Shown here one piece after another: positions 13,835 to 25,650 of a DNA stretch of 64,000 nt; position 1 is the stretch's first letter; every line of letters begins with the position of its first letter. This stretch comes from Podarcis vaucheri (Eukaryota): assembly GCA_965113315.1 (NCBI GenBank), contig OZ220364.1; one strand, given 5' to 3'. A model generated the notes under the pieces. That model saw only the letters and a program-made list of their open reading frames with translations, ran no database searches and had not been told where the DNA came from. Made by a program: the position numbers and the translations under genes.

Positions 13835-15750
13835 AGCTCTTTTGGATGCAAACTTATCAATTATATCTTTAAACTCAACAAGCAACAGTTTATCATTTTC
13901 TGTGCAGAGAAAGCTTAGATCAGACAACCAATCTTGGGACATTATAGACCATAGATCATTCTTTATCCTTTTTAGTCTAGAAAACTATCTGTCGCCAGTA
14001 CAGTTTGTAATCGTTAAACATAGGAACCATCTGAAAATTGTTTCCACATTTGGGAAAAGCTGTCTGAATTTTCTCTTGGAATATTATTTGATACATATCT
14101 TGGTGGCTGAATTTTTCTTTTTCAGGGTGACCTTATTTGACTACAGGTAGAAGGGCAAGAGTTAATCAATTAGACTAAGGTCAACATCCTTTGGATACTC
14201 CTGCATCAACATCTTGACGCCATTGTGAATCTGTTCCTTCGTAGCTTGCAGGTTGACCAAAAATGAAAAATTGCCAGCTACACTCCTATACACTGTTTCT
14301 GCTCTGTCTAGGTTGGCTTCAAGAACATCCATGGCAGGGATAAATTAATTTATCCTAAATTTGTCTCTTGGAGAAAGTTTATCTAAGGCTTCGGGTACTG
14401 TCCCATCGTTGTTTTGTTTTTGTTTTTACTTTCTGCTGCTTCTTGATAGATTTGTGCTCTACATGCAGTAGAGTGCATTTTTCTTGTTCAGCTTCATCAA
14501 AACTAGCCTGAGCATTTGATACGAACTGCAGTAGTGAGCTGTAAATATTTGCACATGTGCTCAGTGAAATTTGTATACTGTGGATTGCCTTGCTAACTGT
14601 AGCAAATGTTTCCAAAGGTGAAGCATGAAAATGAATTCAGATTCTTCCATTTTTTTCAGAGGTTTGTCAGTTTGGCATCTAGAGTATCCTTTTTCAGTTT
14701 CATCATAGTAAATATGATTGAGGGCTTCAACAATGTAAGCACAAGTCAGCTGTGGTTTGTCTAACTAGATTTAGGGAATGTCCAGTACAGTGGTACCTCG
14801 GGTTACAGACGCTTCAGGTTACAGACTCCACTAACCCAGAAATATTACCTCAGGTTAAGAACTTTGCTTCAGGATGAGAACAGAAATCACGCGGCAGCGG
14901 CACGGCGGCAGTGGGAGGCCCCATTAGCTAAAGTGATGCTTCAGGTTAAGAACAGTTTCAGGTTAAGAACGGACCTCTGGAACGAATTAAGTTCTTAACC
15001 CAAGGTACACGGAATGAACTTTGCATACTTGTTCCTTTCCACAGTTTTTTTGTTCATCACTGTTATACTTTCCAGCCATATGAGTGTCCTCTGCATTTAC
15101 TTAAATTCATTTCAAGTTCATTGAACTCATTCAGTATCAGTTCAGCCATGCTTCCACCAGTGTGATCTTTCAGCTCAAAAAACTCAGGAACCATTTAACT
15201 GGTAATTCATCACTAGGAGAAATGTATCTAACAAGGAAAGAAAGATGATCAACATAGGAAACATCAAGGATTGAATTGACTGATAAACTAAAATAACCTG
15301 CCTGCTTGATGTTGCTCAGTATTGCTTCTCGAACTGTATTAGCCATCAGCTGGATAACCTCTTCACATATGGTTTTGGATAAGTTCGATGGCTGATCAAG
15401 AGTCTTTACTCATATACTGCTTTATGTGTGTACATAGGAAGGGATCTGATTTGGCAATTAATTCAAGCAATCCAAGAAAGTTACCGTTGTTTGGTAAACC
15501 AAATGTTTCATCAACTCCCCTAAATGCCAAGCCACATTGTACCAAAAGGGAAATCACTGCAATAACTCACTGAAGTACAAGCCCCCAGTAATCCTTCTCT
15601 GCTTTGATTTTGTCTCTGGGTTTTGATCTGAGCATTTCTTGTTAAGTATGTTGGCATAAAGTTCATATGATTTTTAGAGTTTCCATGGGTTTTAACAAGA
15701 TAAGCATGAATGCCAGTCATTGAATCCAGTAGAAGCTAGAGCTGTAATTG
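13835..15750 (-). pseudogene. Fossil hAT (Tip100/ZMYM1-like) transposase
   Basis: Minus-strand peptides in the expected order: CGLAFRG, NGNFLGLLELIA (DUF4371-like), LSKTICEEVIQLM, GYFSLSV, FIPC/TGHSLNLV (CxxH), QRWD, FPNVETIF...FSRLKRIKN (hATC dimerisation); many stops and frameshifts. Confidence 0.85.
14788..15006 (+). mobile_element. Tc1/mariner-pogo (Tigger-like) MITE
   Basis: TA-CAGTGGTACCTCGGGTTA start; right TIR eroded; same family as 57680, 57998 and 63391. Confidence 0.88.
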
Positions 15751-15751
15751 A

Positions 15752-16915
15752 AGTAGTTGCTGAACACGCCTGAAGGATGAGGACCATTTGGATCCCTTCC
15801 AATCGGGATTCTGGCCTCATCATGAGACTGAAACTGCCTTGGTTGCGCTAGTCGATGATCTCTGGTAGGCTAGGGACAAATTTGAAAGCTGTTTCTTAGT
15901 TCTTCTGGAACTCTCAGTGAACTTTGATACCATCAATCATGACATCCTTCTGGACCGTCTAGAGCAGGCTTCCTCAAACTCGGCCCTCCAGATGTTTTGA
16001 GACTACAATTCCCATCATCCCTGACCACTGGTCCTGTTAGCTAGGGATCATGGAAGTTGTAAACCAAAAACATCTGGAGGGCTGAGGTTGAGGAAGCCTG
16101 GTCCAGAGGAGCTGGGGGCACTGTTATATGGTGATTCCGCTCCTTCCTCCTGGGCTGTGTTCAGAAAGTGGTGGTGGGGGATGAGTGTTCAGACCCTTGG
16201 GCTCTCACTTGTGGGGTGCCTCAGGGTTCCGTCCTCTCCCCCATGCTTTTTAATATCTATATGAAGCCGCTGGGAGAGATCATTGGGGGGGGGGGTTGGC
16301 TGGGTGTTCATCAGTATGCAGATGACACCCAGCTCTACCTCTCTTTTAAATCAGAACCAGTGAAGGTGGTGAAGGTCCTGTGTGAGTGCCTGGAGGTGGT
16401 TGGAGGATGGATGGTGGTTAACAGATTGAGGTTGAATCCTGACAAGACAGAAGCACTGTTTTGGGGGGATGGGGCGTGTGTGGGGGACTCCCTGGTCCTG
16501 AATGGGGCAACTGGGCCCCTGAAGGACCAGGTGCGCAGCCTGGGAGTCATTTTGGACTCACAGCTGTCCATGGAGGCACAGGTCAATTCTGTGTCCAGGG
16601 CAGCTGTCTACTAGCTCCATCTATCTGGTACGCAGGCTGAGATCCTACCTGCCAGCAGACTGCCTCACCAGAGTGGTGCATGCTCTGGTTATCTCCCACT
16701 TGGACTACTGTAACGCGCTCTACGTGGGGCTTACCTTTGAAGGTGACCCCAAAACTTCTTCTAATCCAGAATGTGGCAGCCAGACTGGTGACTGGGAGTG
16801 GCCACTGAGACCATATAACACTGGTCCTGAAAGACCTACATTGGCTCCCAGTACATTTCTGAGCACAATTCAAAGTGTTGGTGCTGACCTTTAAAGCCCT
16901 ACACGGCCTTGGTCA
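15752..16915 (+). mobile_element. L2-clade LINE RT fragment (degraded)
   Basis: LDPFQSGF, GVPQGSVLSPMLFNIYM, HQYADDTQLY, LNPDKTE, LHWLPV motifs, with frameshifts. Confidence 0.9.
15965..16100. mobile_element. ~136-bp palindromic hAT MITE (in L2)
   Basis: TIR CAGGCTTCCTCAA; TSD GTCTAGAG/GTCCAGAG. Confidence 0.9.
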
Positions 16916-17124
16916 CTTTCTCCAGTAATTTCTGTACTGTACTTGTGGTGGTAGTAACTGACAACAGTTCTCCTTGAAGTTCGGGGGGGGGCTGCATTCG
17001 GTATATAAGCTGGTTGTTTTTCAGTTTCCTCAGACTGCTCAGTGTAGTCTAACTGATTTTCGTCTGTTTGCAAACATGAATATTCTGTATCTGAGGGCCG
17101 TTTCTGCCTGCTGTACGAAGCCAT
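16915..17124 (-). pseudogene. Possible 5' part of the same hAT transposase, displaced by the L2 insertion
   Basis: ATG-initiated MASYSRQKRPSDTEY... lies just beyond the L2 on the same strand; resemblance to hAT N-termini is weak. Confidence 0.35.
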
Positions 17125-18405
17125 TTTGATGTGTTTGACTTCAAATGATTATTTCCTTCTGTTCCTTTTGTCACCTTTGTTTACTAGCACCACTTTCATA
17201 TTGCTTACTCATTATTATTTTCACAAAACAACAAAATTAAATATTATTGTGATTCACAGTGATGTAAAAGAATCCTCACTTGTTCTCAAACACCTGCTGT
17301 AGTGGTGGGCAGTGATCTGAATACTTGTATTGCTTCATAGCTGACTTTATCATTTGACTCTAGGTAGCTTTAAAGTCTCCACGAACTTTACTAAACAGTA
17401 AATATGCATTTGAGTAATTGTTTTACAGCCATAGACTCATACATCATGTGTTTAATGGCACTAAGCAATTGGGCCCAGATAGTAAAATCTGCCTGCCTGT
17501 TTGTTTGTTTTTAGAATAGCAAGAGGCTGCAGGCTGCTCAGCCTGAATGTAAATCCAGCATTGCTAATGATCAATGGGAGTTGTAGTCCAAAAGATCTAG
17601 CAGCACCAAGCTGAGGAAGGCTAAGATAGGGTGACTTGCATTACGTAACACAGAAAACATATAAATTGGCTTGATGTGCAAAAACGAATCAAGACAGTAG
17701 AGATCTTGGTTATTTCTGCCAACTCCTGCTTTGCAGGCATGAAAATGAGTAGCAGCCTCTTCAACTTTGGTACTTTAGTCTGAGGTACTCACAGTTTGCC
17801 ACTTGGAAAGTGTAAAAAGTCTGTTATGAACAGAGTAGGTATTTTTTTAAAAAAGTAGCTCAAGCTGAGTGTCTTATGCTGATTTTCTGTGGAATGGCAT
17901 AAATTAATGTAAGAAAACAATAACCTTATTCTTAGTGGATGATTGCTAGAACAGAGCAGAGAACCAGATGCTGGTATCCAAATAAATAAACTATCCTACA
18001 AGTGTAAGACATGAAAACAGTGATTGTGATCCAGTCACAGTCCAAATTTAAGCACAACTTCCACTGATGTCAATGGGGACGTTAGGCTTGTGCTTAACAA
18101 TGCAATCCTAAATGAAACTATTCAGAATTAAGTTCCACTGAACTCAGTGGAAATTACTCTCAGGTAAGTGGGCATAGCGTTGCAACCTAGTCTCATGCAT
18201 TTCAGTAAGAAGGTGCTTAACTGCAGATGGACTGCCATGCACAGTGTTTCCAGGTCAGAGGGATGGAGACTGACAAAATAGTTCAAAGAGAAGAAAGGAA
18301 ATGCCCTATAGATCACCAAAGATATGAGGGCATAATAATATCGTAACTCTCCTTTCAATGACACTAGATTCAGGTAGGTAGCCGTGTTGGTCTGACACAG
18401 TCGAA

Positions 18406-18480
<75 letters not shown>
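18406..18480. repeat. Compound (TA)n(TG)n(TA)n microsatellite
   Basis: Seen directly; (TA)n continues at 19592-19613. Confidence 0.97.
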
Positions 18481-18484
<4 letters not shown>

Positions 18485-18529
18485 GGTTTTGGTGTCTTCG
18501 GGTGTCTTCCCGTGTAAGAGTCGGGGTGT

Positions 18530-18575
18530 CTGGGCGACGTTTCGACGAGGTCTCACTCGTCATCTTCAGGCTGGT
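18530..18575 (-). ncRNA. Minimal hammerhead ribozyme motif in the Penelope pLTR (inverted copy)
   Basis: Reverse complement of gcgacgtttcgacgaggtctcactcgtcatcttcaggc; same core as 19467-19512. Confidence 0.7.
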
Positions 18576-19466
18576 GCTTTCGGCTTCTTGTTACTGGAAC
18601 AGAGCAGAGTCTGGTGTTTGAGTTCCTATAAATACTGTTGAGGGGTGTGGTGTATAGCCTCCAACGTTCTGGGCAGAGAGGAAGTTCCTAGATTAGTGTG
18701 CCTTTTCTTCTTTTGTTCCTTAATTACTTGAGGGATATCTTGGGTGATTACATGAGTGATATTCTGAATACCACTGGGTGGGTCATTAAGTGTAGATTAG
18801 TTGCTAAAGCTTTCGTGTCTTGACCTCTTGAGCTTGTGAAGAGTTTTTCTGAGAAGATGGCTGTGCTGCATTTAGTTGTGCTCTGGCTTGGCTTCGTGTA
18901 TAGGGGCGAGCTGTGGTTTTGTGCCTTGTGCCAGCCAGATCTGTGTAGGGATTGCAGGGGGGTGCAGCATCCGGAGGTGCCACTATAGTTTGGCTACTGG
19001 ATGGAGTCTGTAATATGTCTGTGGAGAGGGTCTGGGTTTGGGTCTGGTGTGGTTGATTGGTGACGACGTTCTGTGTGCCTCTGGTTCTGGTGTCGGTTTT
19101 TGTGGGGAGGGCTAATTTCCAGATGTCTGGCAGGCGGGACGTGTCGTCACGCTTGTTCATGTTGTTCACAATGCAGCACAGCCATCTTCTCAGAAAAACT
19201 CTTCACAAGCTCAAGAGGTCAAGACACGAAAGCTTTAGCAACTAATCTACACTTAATGACCCACCCAGTGGTATTCAGAATATCACTCATGTAATCACCC
19301 AAGATATCCCTCAAGTAATTAAGGAACAAAAGAAGAAAAGGCACACTAATCTAGGAACTTCCTCTCTGCCCAGAACGTTGGAGGCTATACACCACACCCC
19401 TCAACAGTATTTATAGGAACTCAAACACCAGACTCTGCTCTGTTCCAGTAACAAGAAGCCGAAAGC

Positions 19467-19512
19467 ACCAGCCTGAAGATGACGAGTGAGACCTCGTCGA
19501 AACGTCGCACAG
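19467..19512 (+). ncRNA. Minimal hammerhead ribozyme motif in the Penelope pLTR
   Basis: GC-CUGAAGA-U-GACGAG-ugagac-CUCGUC-GAA-ACGU-C-GC: 6-bp stem II and palindromic ACGU stem III, but only 2 obvious bp in stem I. Confidence 0.7.
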
Positions 19513-22500
19513 ACACCCCGACTCTTACACGGGAAGACACCCGAAGACACCAAAACCTGCATTCCTGTACCCGTGAAAATCTACAAAAGCAAATATATAT
19601 ATATATATATATATTGTCCAGTAGCACCTTAGAGACCAACTAAGTTTGTTCTTGGTATAAGCTTTTGTGTGCATGCATAAGAAAAAACCTAGTTGGTCTC
19701 TAAGGTGCTACTGGACAATCTTTCAATGACAATTAGACATTTACAGAAACTTTTTCAGACTTTGTATCTTGTTGCTCTGTTGATGGAAGTCAAGCTGAAG
19801 AAAATAAAGATTAAGAAATATTTAACTCCAAAACCGAAGAAGTAATATAAAGGAAAAGGGAGAAAATGGAGCCTTTTTATTTTGTTAAAGCTTTCTCTTA
19901 TATGCAGCAAAATTGTACCAGGACTGCACCATATGAAACACATTATAAATGCTCTTGTAAAATCTACATCATTCTACCACATGAAAGGGCTGCTCCTAAA
20001 AATAGCCATTCAGAGAGTATGCAAGTTAGTTGTAATTTCAGCGATCATGAAATCTCTGTGTAGCCATTCACCAACCAAGAATTTTGCATGTTGAATATGC
20101 CTAGCAACAGCAGCCTTGCCAATTCTCCCTCCCCCATCATCCATCCCATAAAGACCCTGAGACACACTCCAGCATCCTTCCTCACTGCTGATTTTTATTT
20201 CCTGTACCTGACTGCATTGAATAGGGAAATGCCGATGCTGTTTGAAAACTCTGCCAACAGCATCACTGCCAACCACTTAAAAAGTACCATCATGTGTTCT
20301 TTTCCGTTGCATACTTGTTTTTCTTCATTCCTCAAATCAAAATATTTTCTTCTTAACGTTTTCTCCTTGAGCAGTTAATTAAATATTTCAGCTTTTACAT
20401 GGTGGTGAAAAATCTTTTTTGCATTCTTGCCCTTTAGAAGTGGCACCCAACAAATTTTCAGGAAGTGAAGGCCATACATAAGAGTGGAGGCAAAAGGCCA
20501 TTTTATCATGTGGAGGCTACTACTAGCAAATTCACTCTGGGCTTCATGCAGCCATGTAGAAGCCAGTAATTTAACATCTGGAGATGTGGTGAACTTTACC
20601 ACATTCCCATTACTCCCCATTTCTGATTGGCTTCCCCTTTCGCATGGTAACATTTCCCTTGCCATGTGGTTGGCTTCCACAGATGTCTTGCTCTCCACCT
20701 ACAATTACATAAATTCAGTGATCTTTAAATATTCTCCCAGCTACACTTATCTATCACTAGATCCCATTCAGCCAAGGGCTTCCTCTAAACGATCCAACCA
20801 CTTGAGTGGGGCCAAGGCAGCTCTGGAGTCAGGAGTGGGCTCCTTGTTGCAATGTGGGCATTGGTGGTTACCCTACAAATCACTTATGCTGGCCTTGATA
20901 ACGTTTTCAAAATAAACTTTTTATGAACTCTCAGAACGCCACAGGCATGCTGGACGAGGCATGTCCATGTATCACTTGGGATGTCAGAGACATTATCCCA
21001 TAGCTGACTGTGGAACTCATGCAGCCACACCCCGCATAGCACTTAATAGTTCAACTGATGCTGTCAAAATGTAACTTCCCTGCAACAGTAGTACTTATGT
21101 GAAGGAAGATGTCTTGTTTCCCCACAAATAATTGATGTCACACTCTGGGCCAGCCCGCCAGTTAGGCGAGATGTGGCAATTGCCTCAGGACAGCAGGCTC
21201 CGGACAGTAGGGGGGGGCAGCAACTCTGACTTCCAACGAGTTTTTTGCTGCCACCGCTGCACCACCTGCTGCCCACCCCCATGCACCAGTTGCTGTGCAC
21301 CTACCACACACCTGTCTCCTCCTCTGCTGTGTGCCTTCTGCCCCATGCCTGCCACTGCCCTCTCCTCTTCTGCCTCCTTTTACCTCCCAGGTGGGTGTGC
21401 AGTGGTAGAGGAAGAGATGGAGGGGTGGTGTTTTATGTTTTGCCTCTAGTGGCAAAATGTCCTGGGCCATCCCTGTGTAAACTGATCACTTGGGAAAGGC
21501 GTAACAGCCTATCGGCCGCACACAACCATGGTTCTTGATAGATGTCCTCTCACAAGGTCTTATATCCTTGAGGCATAATGGTGGGTGTTTCTGTGTTGTT
21601 GTTGTTTAAAAAAACAACCTTTGAAATTGCAAGTTCTGATTTAAGACAGAGAAATAGTTGGATCCCAAAAGAAAAACACAAAAGTAGAATAAAACATCCA
21701 TTTGCTTAAGTGAAAATACTTTTTGAAATGAATTTGTGTTTGGGACGATGGCACCTGAAAGGAAACTTGGCAGATACCTAATGAAATAATAGGATTCCCA
21801 GAGAAAGCTACATTGTATTTTAATAGCAGGCATAAATATCATTAACTCCAGTGTTTCGTTTCAATTCAGATGGAACTGCGGTGCAGAAGGTATTGGGGAA
21901 ATGTAGCATTAAGTGATTTCCTGTTGCTGTTTTTATCCCCTTTCCAAGTTAGTTTTTTCATTTAAATCTTTGTGGCATGTTAAGCTCCAGAGCTCTCTTC
22001 AAACTGTTCCATTGTACTAATATTTCAATCAAGCTGCTGAATTCGATTGCCATAAAATGACATCATAGAAATGTGCTCACTGTTGCTTTTTCATAAGCTC
22101 CTTAAGAGACTAGTGGAAAATCAAAGCATAAACATAATATACATTTAATATCTGTCGAGATCATTTATGCTTTAAATACAGCCAGCAGAGTTTCAAATGT
22201 ACATCCTTACCTGAGATTTGTAATTACTGATGTGACTGAATCTACAGACGCATTCAGATATGAGAGTAACTGGGGTGTCTAACCTACGAACCTCCCAATC
22301 TTGTTGGACTACAATTCCCATCAGCTTTGGTGATTAATAAAGTTGTAGTCAGGATCATCTGAAGAGCCACAGGTTAGCCAGTTGCAAAGGAATTCAGTGG
22401 ACGTTTCTTCTTTTGCTGTGCTTTTGGTCCTCTCTGTTTAGAGTGGCTAAGTGAAAAAGAGGACAGGGCTTCTGTACTTTGAGTAGTTGTGTACAAGCTA

Positions 22501-23700
22501 TACCTGCTGAAATCCCCTCTTCTATACAACTATTCAAGGTGCAGGAGCCTTGTGTCCCCGTCCCCCCCCCCCCGTGTTTTGCACTGAAGCTGTTGCCAGG
22601 CTTTCAGTACACAGAGGGCCAGCCCAATACATGTTGGCACCTGAAGTGAACCACAAAATGGTGCCCCCTCCCCACCAGGGAGGAAGTGGTGAATGAAGAT
22701 CTACATCAGGAACAATAGGAATAAAGATCTGTAGCCCCTGTGGATCCTGCCACCCAAAGCGGTTGCCTCACCTTGCCTCATGAGTGGACTAGCCCTGAGT
22801 ACAATGCTATCCTATTGTACAGTGCTGAGTGGCCCTGATCCTGCCTCACCTTGTTCTCTACAAGTCTTGCTATTACTGGAGAAAGGAGTGTTTTAACCAT
22901 CCCAGTAGGTAGGCAAATCTCCACCTGTCCCATCAGAAGAGGTGAGGCAGCTACCTCAGGGAGTTGTTTTGGGGTGTAATGAAAGGGCAGCTGATGGTTA
23001 TTTTCACACTTTTGCTCTCAGTGTAAAGGACGAGAGGTTTTTCTGGACTTTTTTGCCTGCTTGTTTGGCTTTGGAATACTACACTTTGACATGCAGGGAG
23101 TAGGATGGGGAAAGAGAATGACAACATTTGCTAAGGCAGCAAAATGTTTTGGGTTGGTCCTATGTCCAGTCCCACTTAGAGGCAGTAAAATTCCCAAAGA
23201 TGAAGGAAAGAAAGACAAAAAAGTCAAACTCCAGTCCACATTCTACCGACTTCTGTCTCCTGTTATAATCAAGTCCAAAGGTAAAGCAGAGAGGTTCCTT
23301 GTCTTCGTATTAAGTGATGAATGCTCAGTTCCAGACACTTGTGGATGAAGCTGATAATTTAAGCCAGGGGTGGTGAACTTTTACCACTTTAAATTTTTAA
23401 AATATTTTTATTGAACGTTAGGAGATAAATAACACTGGTAAATCACAAAGTAATATTACAGCACACTTTTAATGCCTTTTGACATGCTTTATTTTTTTTT
23501 TTTGGGGGGGGAGCTTTTAAATGAGATGACAAGTCACCTAGCCTTGAAAGGCAGGATATAAATGTTTGAGAAAGCTTTCCAGTCATGGAAAGGAACATGA
23601 GCAGAGCCATCAACCCCATTACCATCTCAAAATGGGAGGATTCAGGGAGGAGCTAGATGCACAAATGTGTCCCAAATACTATTATGTACTTTTAGATCTA

Positions 23701-23903
23701 CAGTCATGCCTCGGGTTACAGACGCTTCGGGTTGCGCGATTTCGGGTTGTGCACCGCGCCGAACCTGGAAGTACCAGAACGGGTTACTTCCAGGTTTCGG
23801 CGCTTGCGCATGCGTGCGCAGATGCACTGTTGTGGGTTGCAAATGCTGCAGGTTGCAAATGTGCTTCCCACACAGATCACGTTCGCAACCCGAGCGTCCA
23901 CTG
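23701..23903. mobile_element. Tigger-like palindromic MITE (second family)
   Basis: TA-CAGT...ACTG-TA; internal hairpin gaacctggaagta...tacttccaggtttc. Confidence 0.82.
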
Positions 23904-25439
23904 TATATGTGCATCTAAAAAAGTTTCAGAGGTAAAAGCACTTTTTAAAACAAAAATGTAAATGTGATTATTAAATGTGCTGAGCTCAATTAGTGATGCC
24001 ATCACTATAATTAAGAGGTTCTGCACTTTTAAACAGTCGCAGGACTCGCAGAAATTCAGTTTGCAGAGCCAGGAAGATCAGCACCTAAGGCATTCCTGCC
24101 TGTCACTCCGTGCTAAGAGGGAAAGTGCCTCTGCCAAGTTGGGGGCAGGGCGGGGTAAGGACAGGCTCTCAATTTGCTGAAAGCCAATTCTAGTTGAAAT
24201 GGAAACATTTTCAAAGGAAGACTCTGCCATCTCCCTCTCTCACAAGATTCCGCTTTTAATATGTCACAGTATTTGATTCCCTCCAACTCCTAAATAAGAA
24301 CAGTACAAATATGGGAGCTGGATTTGAAGACTGCTGACACACCATTCCAGAAAAAAATGGTACAATATAAATAAAGCATTATTGTGAGTAATAGTATTAT
24401 TCCCATGGCAAACTTTCCTTTGCTTGTTTCTCAGCCCGTAACTTGCTGGTGAGGGAAGACACTAGGAAGACACACATGTTGTTTAATTCCAATCCCTTGT
24501 TGTACAGAAGAGAGGTGTTTATCTTGGAACCTTTTATTTCAAATTAAAACAGTAATCCCTGCCTGGGAAACAGTTTGCTAACAATAGCTAGCAGGCAGTC
24601 TGTCAACTCCTAGCTTGATGGGGAGAGGAAGAGAGAGAGAGTCGGAAGCAAAGGGAAATTCTTTCAAGGGCCTGTTCCCAAGTGCGCGTGGCACTGAAAG
24701 GTTTGTATGCTGGGAATGTTAACAGCTCCCTATCCTTGCAATGCTGGATTCTGAAGACACGAAGAAACCGGGAACTATTTGGCTGCGATAGGGTTCCTTA
24801 TTAGCACACCCATTTGAAAACATCAACGCTGTCAGTCATGCATGTGTGTTTGGCTTTGAAGTCCTCGTTCTGTACACAGGGGCCTGGGCATGCCAAGCTC
24901 CCAAGCTCCACATGTTAGTTCTCCCAATCTGTGCATGACTTGACAGCTCTCCTGTCCTCACACTTTGCTGATTCCTCTTGTGGGCCTACAGAAGCAAATG
25001 GAACCCTCTTGCTTCTTTATTGTCCTTTCCTTGTCTCTAATGCCACTCAGGCCTGACTTGAATGTCAGGGGCATAAATTTGTTTTGCAACTAAATAAAAA
25101 TGTAGCTGTTATTTTCCTCTGCCGTCTCCCTTGTTGGTCTCTCTCTTCTCTTTTTTGAGGAATGTTTCAGAACATCCTGGATGCAATTATACCCTCAAAT
25201 TACTGTTTACATTAAGCCGGTTGCTGTAAGGGGAGGCACCAGTAAAGTCCCAGAATTTACGGGAAGGAGGAGTATTGCAAAATGCAGATTTGTTCTGAAG
25301 CTCTTTCGGTCATATAGGAGTTGGTGGCAGGGGCTGAGGGAGTAGTTTCCTGTCAACATGATATCCTTCCCAGGCACAAACATTAGAAAGGAGCTTCTTA
25401 CTAAGGTTGCCAGATCTTTTCTAGCAGGACTTCTGACTT

Positions 25440-25650
25440 TGTTTATTAATTGCATTTATATTCCACCTTTTCTTCCAAGGAGCTCAAGGAGGCACAAACA
25501 GCTCCCCCCCACACACACACCTCCTTTAATCCCCATAAGAATCCTGTGAGGTAGGTTAGGTTGAGAGGCAGTCACTAGCCCCTGGTCACCCAGTGAGATT
25601 CAAGGCTGAGTGGGAATTTGAACCTCGACTTCCCAACGCTCTGAACCATT
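25440..25650 (-). mobile_element. tRNA-derived CORE/MIR-like SINE
   Basis: cctgtgaggtaggttagg...ggtcacccagtgag...ggaatttgaacc; reverse complement resembles 35922-36250. Confidence 0.7.

Larger units (their letters stand above)
18480..19592 (-). mobile_element. 5'-truncated Penelope-like retroelement with inverted pseudo-LTR
   Basis: Arms 18480-18872 and 19170-19562 are near-perfect inverted repeats; the minus-strand spacer encodes NNMNKRDDTSRLPDIWKLAL, resembling the C-terminal end of PLE GIY-YIG domains; flanked by (TA)n. Confidence 0.82.
18364..19719 (-). mobile_element. Copy of the short hammerhead/Penelope-like family (fold-back form), host to a nested Penelope element
   Basis: 12-bp TSD CTTTCAATGACA at 18352-18363 and 19720-19731; family sequence at 18364-18405 and 19612-19719; truncated inside ribozyme stem II and then inverted. 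Confidence 0.78.

Noticed and set aside
18128-18641. ORFs with YIYIYI/CVCVCV runs
   Set aside because: Translations of the microsatellite.
20484-20915. 143-aa ORF with a hydrophobic N-terminus
   Set aside because: GTG start, no recognisable domain, no supporting splice structure; compatible with chance.
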